Shown one piece after another: positions 41,619 through 52,512 of a stretch of DNA of 64,000 nt. The position numbers and the translations under genes are program-made. Source of the stretch: an uncultured Acidobacteriota bacterium (lineage in GTDB: Bacteria; Acidobacteriota; Terriglobia; UBA7540); NCBI GenBank assembly GCA_963804995.1, contig CAWDSK010000009.1:1-64000 (forward strand), read 5' to 3'. Position 1 is the first letter of the stretch; every line of letters starts with the position of its first letter. Under the pieces are notes generated by a model. It did not search any database. It was not told the DNA's origin and saw nothing but the letters and a program-made list of their open reading frames with translations.

Positions 41619-43732
41619 ATGAGAACTCATAGTATCGATATGGGGCAGGCGTGGAGGCTAGGCCGGCTCGTCGTGAAACTGGCGGCAGTGGCGTTGGCAC
41701 TGGCGGGGATCTTCACTCTATCCACCTTGTTCGCACAAGATGCGCCGCAGGATCCCTTCCTGTTATGGATGGATCAGATCGCTCAGCACGAACTACAAGA
41801 GCGGCAGCGAGCGGTTGATGCCATCCAGACCGTCGCCCAGGCGAATGAGCGGAAGAAAGTGGTCCGGGCGAAGATGCTGGAGGCGTTGGGAGGACTGCCC
41901 GACTACAAGGGGCCGCTGCATGCCCAGGTCACAGGCCAGATCCGGAATGATTCGTACACCATCGAGAAAGTGATTTACGAGAGCTTGCCGGGTCTTTACG
42001 TCACCGCCAACCTCTACCGTCCGAACCAGCCCGGCCGATATCCCGCCGTCCTACTGCAATCCGGCCATACCCAGGAGGGAAAGCCCGAGGACCAGAGAAT
42101 CGCCGCCAACCTGGCCATGAAGGGGTTCGTGGTGCTCACCTTCGATCCCATCGGGCAAGGTGAAAGGGAACAGACCTATAGCCGCCAACTCGAAAGGTCG
42201 CTGGCGGGCTGGTCCGTTCCCGAGCATGCTTTGATGGACGCCCAGGCGCTGATGATTGGTCAGGGATTGGCCCGCTACTTCATTTGGGATGCGATGCGGT
42301 CCATTGACTATCTCACCAGCCGTCCGGATGTGGACGCTTCACGCCTGGGAGCCGCCGGTTGTTCAGGCGGAGGAGCGCTGACGGTCTTTGCGGGCGGTCT
42401 GGACCCGAGACTTAAAGTTGTGGTTCCGGCCTGCTATCCTGCTTCTCTCCAGTTGCTATTCCCCTCGGGCGGCCCTGATTCCGAAATGGTCTTCCCCGGA
42501 CTTTTGGTGAGCGGGCTGGATACGGCCGACTTCGTGGAACTCTCCGCGCCGACTCCCTGGGAGCTCCAGGCAACCGAGCATGATGAATACCACTTTACGC
42601 CCGCTGGGGTGCGACTGGTCTACGAGGAAGCTCGCAATTGGTACGCGCTCTACGGGGCCCAGGACAAAATCGGCTTTTTCGTGGGACCGGGTTCGCACGG
42701 TATGCCCCTCGTCAGCCGGGAAGAGGTCTATAAGTGGATGATCCGCTACCTGAAAGACGGCCAGGGCGATTTCCACGAACAGCCCGTTGAGAAGACGTAC
42801 ACGAGCCTTGAGCTGCAAGCCACCAAGAGCGGCAATGTTGAGGAACTACCGGGCAGCCGAAAAGTGTATCAATTGCTTCGGGATGACTATCACGCCGGGC
42901 GCCAGCCAAAAACCCTCCCCGAGCTGAAGGCTGAACTGGGGAACCTGAAAATTCCCACCGATGGCTCCACGCCCCAGGTGCAAGTCCTGGATGATGGGAG
43001 CGTCCCGGAAGGCCGGCGCGAGCACATCAAGTACGAAAGTGAGCCGGGAATTTGGCTTGAGGCTACCCTCTATGTTCCGCCTTCCCCCGGGCGGAAACCC
43101 GCCGTGCTGGTCGTGAAAAGTGGCAACGCCGGGAGCAGAAGGCCGGCCGTCACGAGGGCCGAACAGATGGCCAAGGGGGGCCAAGTCGTGCTCGAGATGG
43201 AACCGCGTACCTCTCCCCCGAGATCGCGAGCGAAGGCGAAGGCGTATATCCGGGGGATTGGAGGCTCGCCGTTTGGGCTAACCTGATCGGTCGTAACTTG
43301 CCCGCCCTGCGGGCTCATGACATCCTGCGCGGCATTGACCTGTTGGCGGCCCGTTCGGATGTCGACCCGAATGCTATTCACGCTGCCGCCGAGGGCGTCA
43401 GTGGGATCTGGCTTCTGCTTGCGGCGGCGGCGGACCCACGCATCGGAAAAATCTGGCTGGACAAGACTCCCCACAGCCTTCAGGCTGCCTTTGATAATTC
43501 CATGAGTACCGATTTGTGGGATGGCGTCATTCCCCTATTCGTACTGCACTGGGACCTCAATGATCTGGTAAAGGTGATGGGGAACCGGCAGGTCATGTGG
43601 ACGGACCCAACGGACTGGATGGGAAAAATCGTTGCGCTCGGTCCGCCTTTCGAGTACCGGTATGTCCTGGGCGATGCCACGGATTTCAAGGACGCCCAAG
43701 ACGATGCATACATCCAGGAGCTGCTTCGGTAA
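41619..43732 (+). CDS. Acetylxylan esterase-like alpha/beta hydrolase; frameshift near 43220
   Basis: FDPIGQGER and GCSGGG nucleophile; a C5 run breaks the frame and the second ORF continues (LRAHDILRGIDLL). Confidence 0.8.
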
Positions 43733-43828
43733 TTTGGAACTTCCGAGGGGCGGCGATGTGAAACCGCCGCTCAATGGCGGAGCGTGTGGGTCTTGGGAAT
43801 CTGAAGCTCTCCACGTAGAGGATTAACT

Positions 43829-44293
43829 ATGTTCAAACTTCGCAGATTTGGGATCGTCTTAATTTTAGCAATCTTCGCGGTCCCCTGCTTCGCGGGAGCC
43901 GACAACCCGGAACCGTGGACGAAGGCCGAAATCGTGACCCCGGACGAACTGGCCAGCCAGTTGTCAACCGCACCCGTGGGGAAGATTATCCTCATTCATG
44001 TCGGCTTCCGTGCGCTTTATAACCAGGGGCGTATTCCCGGATCACAGTACGCGGGGCCATGCTCCAGGGCGGAGGGACTCACCGCCCTAAGAAAGCTCGT
44101 CGAGAAGACTCCCCGCAACCAGATGATCGTCATCTATTGCGGCTGCTGTCCGTGGCAGGACTGCCCGAACATTCGGCCCGCCTTTCAAGCGCTGAAGCAA
44201 ATGGGATTCACGAACCTCAAGGCGCTGGAACTTCCCGAAGCGCTGGTATCCGACTGGGCCCGGAAAGGCTACCCCATGACCAGGGGGAATTAG
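43829..44293 (+). CDS. Exported rhodanese-like protein
   Basis: Signal peptide; GRIPG, YCGCCPW.DCPN and GFTNLK motifs. Confidence 0.8.
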   Translation: MFKLRRFGIVLILAIFAVPCFAGADNPEPWTKAEIVTPDELASQLSTAPVGKIILIHVGFRALYNQGRIPGSQYAGPCSRAEGLTALRKLVEKTPRNQMIVIYCGCCPWQDCPNIRPAFQALKQMGFTNLKALELPEALVSDWARKGYPMTRGN

Positions 44294-44333
44294 GAAACCT
44301 CCTTATTTTGCGCGCCCAGTCGCGAGCGTTATA

Positions 44334-44654
44334 TTGCCACCGTTCCGTCGGCCATCGACGGATTGGCCGCCGCAAATCAGTCCGGTCTTCGAGGAGCGTG
44401 CAGGCGTGAATCCGGCAGTTACAACCGATCAACCTTCCGTTGAGGTATCGACCCTCGACGCGCCACAGGGGGGATTTATCCTGCTGACCAATCGCAGTCC
44501 GCAGACCCTGAAGATTATGGTTACCACTACCCTGCCGGTCAAAAAGCTGGCCCGGATCGCCGCCGACGGCCCCCAGCCGCTGCGCCGCGATGGTCAGGGC
44601 TGGAGGCTCAGCCTGAAACCTCACGAAGACGCCATCCTCGAATGGCTGCCGTAG
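44334..44654 (+). pseudogene. Possible orphan C-terminal beta-sandwich fragment of a glycoside hydrolase
   Basis: Coding-like composition (GGFILLTNRS...LSLKPHE); no clear start or RBS. Confidence 0.3.
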
Positions 44655-44676
44655 TGTCATGCCTCAGAAGTCGAAG

Positions 44677-45132
44677 TCACCCCCTCCCCCGGCCCCTCTC
44701 CCCCAAGGGGTCGAGGGAGGAGTTAATTTGAATTTACAACCCTCGCCCCCTTGGGGGAGAGGGTGGACCGCCGCCGGCGTTTTCATCAGCCGGGGCGGGC
44801 CGGGTGAGGGGGTCGCCCCCAAGATAAGTTGAGTGGCCGGCTGGCGCAGGGCGAGCCTAGCCCTGCGATTCTAGTGCGGTCTGATGACGTGAAGCGTAGA
44901 GATGCACTCTGCGCCAGCCGGCCGGTCATAAAGACGCGTCGTTTTCGAATTCGAGCGGGTAGCCCGGAGCAGGGTAGCGCAGACTCTCGCCTCTCAGAGA
45001 GTCTGCGGCTTTCCTCGTGCCACGTCCCGCGGTTCTGGGCTTTGATCGCCGTAGCCGCATGTTCACAAAAAAGTGGACGCTTACCATGTTAAGAACCGCA
45101 GACTTTGAACGGCACAAAGTCTGCGCTACCCC
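44677..45132. repeat. Cluster of CCCTC palindromes and a GTAG-REP doublet
   Basis: gtagcgcagactctc..gagagtctgcgg and ccgcagactttg..caaagtctgcgctac. Confidence 0.8.
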
Positions 45133-45369
45133 GCTCGTTACGAGTTCAGTTCCAGTCATCTCTCGGCGGCCTGGGCCGCAACGCGGTTATTGGGTTTTCA
45201 TTCCTCTGCGCCTCCGCGTCTCTGCGGTAAGAAGGTTTTAGACGATTTTTTCACACCTTCAGAGGGGCCGGGGGTGAGGGGGTTCGCAAATCATCAACGA
45301 ACTTCTGGCTCGGGACACTAGGCTGCCTTTGGTATACTTCCCCCCGATTCTGCATCCCCGGAGGACCCG

Positions 45370-46704
45370 ATGAATTGCAAATTGTGTGTGAGAGTGTCTC
45401 TGCTTTTCTGCCTTTTCCTCACCTTGGTCGAACGTCCGGCAATAACCCCCGCCCAATCCGTCCCGCAAACGCCCAAGGCCGACCAGGTCACCTATGTGCG
45501 TTGCGGAACGCTGATTGACGAGAAATCCGAGGCGCCGCGCCAGAACGTGCTCGTCGAAATCGCTGGAGGCAAATTCCGCGCGGTTACGAATTACCCCTCG
45601 GGATTCGCCAAGCCCGCCGGCGCTGCCTTCCTCGATCTCGCTTCTGAAACTTGCCTGCCCGGTCTCGTGGAATCACACACGCACATTCTGCTGCAAGGCG
45701 ATCAAAGGCCCGGCCAATACGAAGAGCAAATTCTGAAATGGTCGCTTCCCTACCGCACGATCATGGGAACGCAGGCGGCGCGGCGCGCCCTGGAGTACGG
45801 ATTCACGACGCTTCGTGACCTGGAAACGGAAGGCGCCTACTACGCCGACGTGTCGATTCGTGACGCCATCAATCAGGGGGTGATTCCCGGTCCCCGCATG
45901 TTCGTCGTAACGCGCGCGCTCAACGTAACCGGGGCGTACCCGCTGCTCGGCTACGACCCGGCGTTGAAGCTGCCACACGGCGTCCAGATAGTAGATGGAC
46001 CCGATGAGTGCCGCAAGGCGGTGCGTGAACAAATTGGCAACGGGGCGGACTGGATTAAAATCTACGCCGACCAGCGGGTTTCCACCGCCGACGGCATCGT
46101 GCACAGCGTTCCCACCTTCACGCCCGAGGAACTGCACGCCATTGTCGACGAAACCCACCGGGAACACCACAAAGTGGCGGCACACGCCATGGGTTTGGAG
46201 GGATCCCACAACGCGGTGGAAGCAGGCGTGGATACCCTTGAGCACGGCGCTTACATCTCCGACGCCGACATGAAAACCATGGTGGCGCGTGGCATCTGGT
46301 ATGTGCCGACCCTGTACATCTTCATTTACGCTGACGAAATCCACCAGGCAGGCGGCTTCCCGGGATGGAAAGGTGGCTTGGAGATTCACGCGGAGACGTT
46401 TCGGCGGGCGCTTCAGGCGGGTGTGAAGATCGCCTTCGGCACGGACGTGGGCGGCTTCGAGTGGACCATCAATCCCGCGAAAGAGTTTTCACTGATGGTG
46501 AAGTACGGCATGACTCCTGCTCAAGCCTTGCGCTCCGCCACGGTTTCCGGCGCCACGCTGCTCGATCTCGAAAATGAGATTGGAACCGTCGAACCCGGCA
46601 AGCTGGCGGATCTGGTGGCCGTTCCCGGTAACCCCTTGAGCGATGTTAGTGTGCTCGAAAACGTGAACTTCGTAATGAAAGAAGGCGTGGTTTACAAGCA
46701 CTAG
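45370..46704 (+). CDS. Metal-dependent amidohydrolase (Xaa-Pro dipeptidase-like), exported
   Basis: PGLVESHTH, GFTTLRD, DWIK, AAHA, EHG, FGTD and GKLADLV motifs. Confidence 0.9.
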   Translation: MNCKLCVRVSLLFCLFLTLVERPAITPAQSVPQTPKADQVTYVRCGTLIDEKSEAPRQNVLVEIAGGKFRAVTNYPSGFAKPAGAAFLDLASETCLPGLVESHTHILLQGDQRPGQYEEQILKWSLPYRTIMGTQAARRALEYGFTTLRDLETEGAYYADVSIRDAINQGVIPGPRMFVVTRALNVTGAYPLLGYDPALKLPHGVQIVDGPDECRKAVREQIGNGADWIKIYADQRVSTADGIVHSVPTFTPEELHAIVDETHREHHKVAAHAMGLEGSHNAVEAGVDTLEHGAYISDADMKTMVARGIWYVPTLYIFIYADEIHQAGGFPGWKGGLEIHAETFRRALQAGVKIAFGTDVGGFEWTINPAKEFSLMVKYGMTPAQALRSATVSGATLLDLENEIGTVEPGKLADLVAVPGNPLSDVSVLENVNFVMKEGVVYKH

Positions 46705-47359
46705 GGCGCGCCGGACTGATGTTCACGTGACGGGTTTCACTTGATCCCATCCCAATTCGTTCCTGGTTAACCTGCGGACCTGTTTTGTAGCGCGGTCCCC
46801 CGTTTTTAGGGTCCGCGGTTCTTCCTTTGGAAATTCCGTCAATCTCCAACCTGAGCTGCTGCGCCACCACGGCCTCTTCGCCACGATAGGTTCGATCAAA
46901 TAGGAGCGTAGCGCGGACCTCCGATTTTGAGGTCCGCGGCTCTTCCTGCGAAAAATCTCAGACCTCCGCTGGTTTCGGATTCGGTAGCGTGAACTTAACG
47001 AAGAACCGCAGACCTCAAAAGCGGAGGTGCGCTACGCGGGCTCCGTCACTCAGCGGTCGAGTGAGAGTGTCGTAAGACGTGTCCACACCATTCGGCCGCG
47101 TCAGGGAAGTCCGCCGCCCCGCAAAGCTCGGGGGTAGGGATTCGGGGGTGGGGATTGGGGGGTGGCGCATACGTGGCGTATTTTGGCATGTATGCGGTCA
47201 CAACGTTCGGTTTATATGCAGCGGTTGCGAAGTGACTCCTCATTCGTTTTTCAGCGCATACCCGTAATTCCCTTATCAGCACCACCCCGGCGCTCAGCCC
47301 CGATCATCAATTTGGAAAGAACGCGCTATCGGGGCTCAGCGCGCCACCCCTCCTCATCT

Positions 47360-47458
47360 GAGGCGGTCTCACAACTGGCAAATTCACGGTTTTTACAACG
47401 AATAATCAATAACTTACGCTGTGCAAAAGTCAGAAATACCTAGTTTTGGGACAGCCTC
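47360..47458. mobile_element. 99-bp MITE with ATCT target duplication, inserted in a palindromic repeat
   Basis: Ends gaggcggtctcacaa / reverse complement gaggctgtcccaaaa; ATCT at 47356-47359 and 47459-47462. Confidence 0.6.
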
Positions 47459-47650
47459 ATCTGAGGCGGGGAGTGTTCTTAAGAACTCCCCTCCTGATTC
47501 AGAGCCTGCCCTGAGCCTGTCGAAGGGAGGGGTGGCGCCGTAGGCGACGGGGTGGTTATCCGCGGTCAAGCGTTCTTCGGCGGGCGGTAACACCCCACCC
47601 TATCTGGCCGTAGCGAGAAATACGGCCAAAGGTATTACCGCTCTCCCCAC

Positions 47651-49060
47651 CGCCGGGACACACTTCCCCGTTTCGGTTATCGGTGGGTTCGACGCCAGGG
47701 ATGAGACAAATTGAGTGGCCCGTGACAAGCGGCTTGACCCCTCACCCGCCTGCGGGCCGAAGCTGAAGTCGTTTACATCTCCCAGGTGTCCCTTCGGAGG
47801 GCGTAGGCGCGTCCCGCCCCGGCTGGTGAAAACGCCGGCGGCGGTCCACCCTCTTCCGCCACGGCGGACCTCCGGCCCCTCGGAGCGGGCTATGAATTTT
47901 CGCCTGGGGCTGATGAAGCGATCGCCCGATCACCGGATGGCCCGATCTCCCGATTACCTGACCCCGCCGTGACACACTTCCCCGCTTCGGTTATCGGTGG
48001 GTTAGCACCAGAACATGAGCCAAAATTCGGCTCGAAGTTTGACAATCACCAGGTCACCCAATCGCAAAATCAATCAAGGACCCGATGATCCAATGATCCG
48101 ATCGCCAGTTCACCCAATGACTCGATGGCCCAAGTGGAAGATTGCCGCGAGCAAGCTCGGAGCGAGGAAAGCGGCAGTCCGCCGCGGCGGACTGCACTCC
48201 AAAACTTCGCGTGCGGCTTCTCCCTTGCTGCCTTCTGCTCTGCCCACCTGAACCGGCCTGCACACACACCGCCGTATCGGTTATCGGTAAGTTCATGACG
48301 GAAGATGAGCTCAATTCGGCGGCTGCGAAAATGGCAATCACTTGCAGGTCCTTCAATCGACCGATCGCAAGATCACTCAATGGCCCGATGACCCGATGGC
48401 TCGATCATTCGATCACCGGGTTGCCCACCCCCGCCGTGACACACCTCCCCGTATCGGTTAACGGTAGGATCGTACCAGGACATGAGGCCACAGAACGATA
48501 ATCGGGAGGTGGAAGAATCAGGCAATGGAAGTTTATTCGCTGGGCCGGGGGTTCGAGGCCGAAAGGATTACGCCGAGTCCGTCGCCCTCACCGACTTAAC
48601 CACGGCCGTGACACTTCCCCACTTCGGTTATCGGTGGGCTGGCGAGGCAGGATGAGGTTGCAAAAACCGGGCCGAGGGTTCTGGACAGGGAGGATTGAAC
48701 ATTGAGACCCGGCCTGACCGACTTGGCCGTCACCATGACACTCCCCCAAATCGGTTATCGGTGGGTTGGCACGGGAAGATGAACTCAATTCGGCTATTCG
48801 GGGGTAGCCATGATCCGTTGGCCCATGGTTCGATAACCCAATCGCCGGTCAACAGATCTCCCGATGGCCAACCCCGGCCGTGACACTCCCCCAAATCGGT
48901 TATCGGTGGGTTGGCGCCGGAGCATGAGCCAGATCTGGCCAATCGAAAGTTGTCAGTAACTTCCTGGTCCGCTGATTTGATCACCCGATCGCTTGATGGC
49001 TAGTGCCCGAAAGACCCTACCCAATTTTGGTTTCCGGTGGATCGGACCACGTATATGGGC
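47651..49060 (+). repeat. Non-coding array of 7 clear plus 1 eroded ~50-bp motifs with unique intervening sequences
   Basis: ATGA(G) anchors at 47701, 48015, 48305, 48482, 48652, 48779 and 48924 (eroded ATGGG at 49055), each 11 nt after a TCGGTTATCGGTGGGTT-like core. Confidence 0.9.
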
Positions 49061-49515
49061 TGCAGAATCAATGACTTAAATACCATGGTCGTAATCCAGC
49101 GAGGGTGGATCCCCGGGCGAGAACCCTGCCAGACCGATGTGCCGCTTATTAGGTTAGCGGGGCTTCACCCGGGCGGGGCTCGAGGTGGTCTGGCCTCTGC
49201 CGCCCTCTATCTCACTCGTTTGTGGCGCAGACTTCGCGGTTTGGGTAGCCACCTCTATCCTTGGACCTCGTGAGCCCGCCAGAGGTGATCTGGCCATGAA
49301 CCGGACTGGGGAATTCTAACTTGGCGTGACTAAGATGCCCGAACCGGGCAACTTGCCAAGTCCCACCTTAACTCCGAGGCCCCGCTCTTCCCACCCCTGA
49401 TGGAAGAGGCAAAGTCTGGTCAGAAATTCCGAGAGTGAGAATTCTCCAATACTTGGGTAGAGGAGCTTGCGTCGGTGATCGATACAGTATGGAAACAAAT
49501 CTGGTACGAGGGGTT

Positions 49516-49977
49516 TCAATTAAGGTGCGGGGAAATTGGTCTGATTGCTTGGGGAAGATGCGGTTCTGGGAGCTTGACAACCTCTACACAAACCATGGTC
49601 AGCCCAGCGCCCACGAAGCCGAGGGTTTTTGCCGCTGACCAGGAGACATCGATTACACGTTCGGCGGGCCCAGGGCCCCGATCATTGACCTTCAGAAGAG
49701 TGGATTTGAGGTTTGTGAGGTTTGTTACACGAACCATCGTACCCAGCGGTAGCTTCCGATGGGCAGCGGTAAATTTATGTAAATCAAAGGGTTCTCCGCT
49801 GGCTGTGGGTTTGCCTTGCCGCTCGATTCCGTACCAGCTCGCCAAGCCGACCTCACCTTTGGGCAGTGCCCGTAATACCAGCGGCAACGGAGCGAGTGGA
49901 GCCGGAAGTCTTGCTTCGGTCTGCGGTGAAAAGGCCATAATGCCCGCCACCGCGCAACCCATAACCAATTTCCTCAT
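49516..49977 (-). CDS. RlpA-family (DPBB) septal ring lytic transglycosylase-like protein
   Basis: GLASWYG, TASGE, TAAHRKLPLGT, VNDRGP and IDVS motifs. Confidence 0.9.
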   Translation of the reverse strand: MRKLVMGCAVAGIMAFSPQTEARLPAPLAPLPLVLRALPKGEVGLASWYGIERQGKPTASGEPFDLHKFTAAHRKLPLGTMVRVTNLTNLKSTLLKVNDRGPGPAERVIDVSWSAAKTLGFVGAGLTMVCVEVVKLPEPHLPQAIRPISPHLN

Positions 49978-50292
49978 TCAACCTCCTGTGACTGTTTTCC
50001 CCCTCCCCTCATTGGAGAAAGGTCTCTATAACACAGCCGTGTGATGGATAAGTAACTCCTTAATCCTACGGAATCCTGCAGGATTTGTCAAGGCGTTTAT
50101 AATATGGTTAATAGTCTGAAATGACTATTTTAGGAGGGTTTTTGTCAATTAATAGGCCTGCCAGACTAATAATCAAACAGATGATCTTTGATCGGTTAAA
50201 ATCCCTTCATAGCCCCATATAGCCCCATATAACCCCTCATGGGCTCTTGTAAAGCCCGCGGCACTAGCCCAGCTCGTGGATTCAATCTCGGA

Positions 50293-51921
50293 CTATCGCA
50301 AAGCCGGAATTAGCGGGTGCCCCTCCGCGCCGGAGGGCTGGGTCAATCCCAATACAGCGGCGAGTGTTGCGGCCATATCGATAGGCTGGCACGCATTGGG
50401 GTAGAACCCAGGCCTAAACGCAGATCCCCACAGGATCATGGGGACTTGTGCGTCGTAGCTCCAGGGAAGCCCATGTGAGCTGCCCGTGGTCCCGCGAACC
50501 TGCACGGCATACGGAGCAGGAATCATCAGGACGTTGCCACTCCGTTGCGAATAAAAGCTATGGGCGGCCTTTCTGGCGAGGGGCGAGTTCGGGAGACTGC
50601 CGGTCAGAAACTGCGTTCGCGTAAAGGCTGCCGCTACGTCCGGGAAGGAGGCTAGCGCTTGGGCGGCCACTTCCTCGACCTTCGATTCCATCACCTTTTG
50701 CTTCGTTATGGTGTCGCGATTCAAATAAAGGTAGACTCCGTTCGCGTTCTCAACCCACGGGCCGGGTCCGAAGGCTTCAACCAAGGCCTTTTCCGCAACG
50801 CTGCGGATGGCCGAAGTCTCCGGGGCGTTTCCGGGACCCAGCCTGTGCTCCTGGATAAACGCGGGATTCGGAGCAACACCGTGGTCCGCGGACAAAGTGA
50901 TCCAAACATTCTGCAGACCTACCAGCTTGTCCAAATCGGCAAAGAAGGTAGCTAGGGCTTGGTCGGTTCTCAGGGTTGTGTCCGCAACTTCCGGGCTATA
51001 GGGTCCGAACCGATGCCCAATATAATCGTTGACACTCAGGGAGACAGCCAGGAGATCGGGTTCCGGGCCCTGGCCCAAGTGTTCGCTGCGCACGGCCTGG
51101 GTCGCGAAAGCCAACTCGATTTGATTCATATAGGGCGTGTTATTCAACCAATCCAGGAACTTTTTATCGGGACAAGGCGCGCTGGCGGAGGGCTTGAACT
51201 CTCCGAGAACTTTGCCGGATGCCCCCGGAGTAGCGGGCAGCGCCTGCCATTTTCCGTCACAAAACTGCTTGCTGGGCTGCTGCTGGTTGAACTCATCCGC
51301 CCAAGCAGGCAGAGCCGCTGCATAGTAGGTGCTGGTTACAAAACCGCCCATGGCCTCGTTGTACCAGTAAGCCCCGCTTGGATCGTGACCGCCCATCAGA
51401 ATGGCAGCTCGATCCTTGAGGGAGATGGAGATGACCTTGGACCGAAAGTCAGTAGCGAGGCGCAGTTCGTCGCCCAGCGTGGACCCAATCAGGTTGCGTG
51501 GCGAAAACCCCGGCGTGTCGCTGGCCCCCTGGAGGCTCTCCACAATGCGGGTGCTCGCATCTTCGACGCAATAGACCTCCCGATGCTGTGCCCGGTCGTA
51601 CCATTGGTTCTCGATGATGCCATGCAGATTGGGGTAAGTCCCGGTCAGAAGCGAGGCGTGCCCGGGACCCGTGATGGTGGTTGCATAATCATAACGGCAG
51701 TCCGTGAAGACTGCGCCGTCCAGAAGCCGATTGAACCCACCCTTGCCAAAATAGGGGCGAAAGCGCATCAGGTAGTCGTAGCGGAACTGGTCGATCACCA
51801 GCACCACGACCAGCTTTGGCCGGTTCGGAAAGTTCGGAGTGGCCAACGGGCTGCCAGGGGAGCTCCAGCCGACGAGGACTAAAATGCAGAGCAGGAAACT
51901 GAGTAAGAGTTTCTTAAGCAC
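50293..51921 (-). CDS. PafA-type alkaline phosphatase family protein
   Basis: VIDQFRYDY, TGPGHA, KDRAAI, DYIGH, ADHG and HG..WSYD motifs. Confidence 0.9.
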   Translation of the reverse strand: MLKKLLLSFLLCILVLVGWSSPGSPLATPNFPNRPKLVVVLVIDQFRYDYLMRFRPYFGKGGFNRLLDGAVFTDCRYDYATTITGPGHASLLTGTYPNLHGIIENQWYDRAQHREVYCVEDASTRIVESLQGASDTPGFSPRNLIGSTLGDELRLATDFRSKVISISLKDRAAILMGGHDPSGAYWYNEAMGGFVTSTYYAAALPAWADEFNQQQPSKQFCDGKWQALPATPGASGKVLGEFKPSASAPCPDKKFLDWLNNTPYMNQIELAFATQAVRSEHLGQGPEPDLLAVSLSVNDYIGHRFGPYSPEVADTTLRTDQALATFFADLDKLVGLQNVWITLSADHGVAPNPAFIQEHRLGPGNAPETSAIRSVAEKALVEAFGPGPWVENANGVYLYLNRDTITKQKVMESKVEEVAAQALASFPDVAAAFTRTQFLTGSLPNSPLARKAAHSFYSQRSGNVLMIPAPYAVQVRGTTGSSHGLPWSYDAQVPMILWGSAFRPGFYPNACQPIDMAATLAAVLGLTQPSGAEGHPLIPALR

Positions 51922-52124
51922 CAGGATTCCTCCTGTAAATGAACCGCAAAGTCTACCAGATTGGGCGTGAAGCAAGAAAGCTAGATGAAGTCATCATGAA
52001 ATTATCGGGTCGTTGATTGTCCGACTCGACAGATCAACTCTCCCACCTTGGAACGGGCCCTTGGTTCATCAGACGACGGCGACCCTGAAACAAGCGGGCC
52101 AAGCCACATTCCTGCATCGATAGA

Positions 52125-52512
52125 CTCAACGGGTGCTCGCCCCCGTCGATAACCGAGCTGGGGGAGTGGAGGCGGCCGGGGTGGGGACGATCAGAAAAAG
52201 CTGGAGCGTCGGGCGGGCGTCTGCCGGAGGACCGGGAGCTGTGCCGTCGCACGAAGGTGGGCAAGGGGTAGGCACTGCGGGAGTATTCTTACTCGCTCCC
52301 CTGCCTCCTTCCGCCGGTTACCGGTTGGAGGAGGTGTGGCACGGGCGGGATGGGCAACCCGGTGATCGGATGATCGAGCCCTCTGGCCGTTGAGTGATCT
52401 TGCGAGCGGGCGCTTGAAGGACTCGCAAGTGATTCCCAGTTTCCCAGCGACCGAATTGAGCTCATGTTCCCGTGCCAACCCACCGATAACCGACACGGGG
52501 GAGTGTGTCACG
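52125..52512 (-). repeat. Second, inverted mini-array of the same motif (1 clear plus 2 eroded units)
   Basis: Unit at 52461-52512 plus the following ~130 nt resembles array unit 3 and its junction to unit 4; eroded cores near 52325 and 52155. Confidence 0.8.

Noticed and set aside
46720..46733. parS-like site (tgttcacgtgacg)
   Set aside because: Only a partial match to TGTTTCACGTGAAACA, and a single copy.
48767..48783. Sigma54 promoter (TGGCACG) within array units
   Set aside because: No GC at the required -12 position, and most units lack TGGCAC.
47701..48960. Array of small peptide genes starting at the conserved ATG
   Set aside because: ORF lengths and sequences are not conserved; the 19.4-kb copy stops after 5 codons.
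47651..49060. CRISPR array
   Set aside because: Unit lengths vary from 127 to 314 nt, the repeats are degenerate with an internal variable window, and no cas genes are present in the window.
47651..49060. Integron attC cassette array
   Set aside because: No RYYYAAC...GTTRRRY palindromic sites, no cassette ORFs and no integrase.
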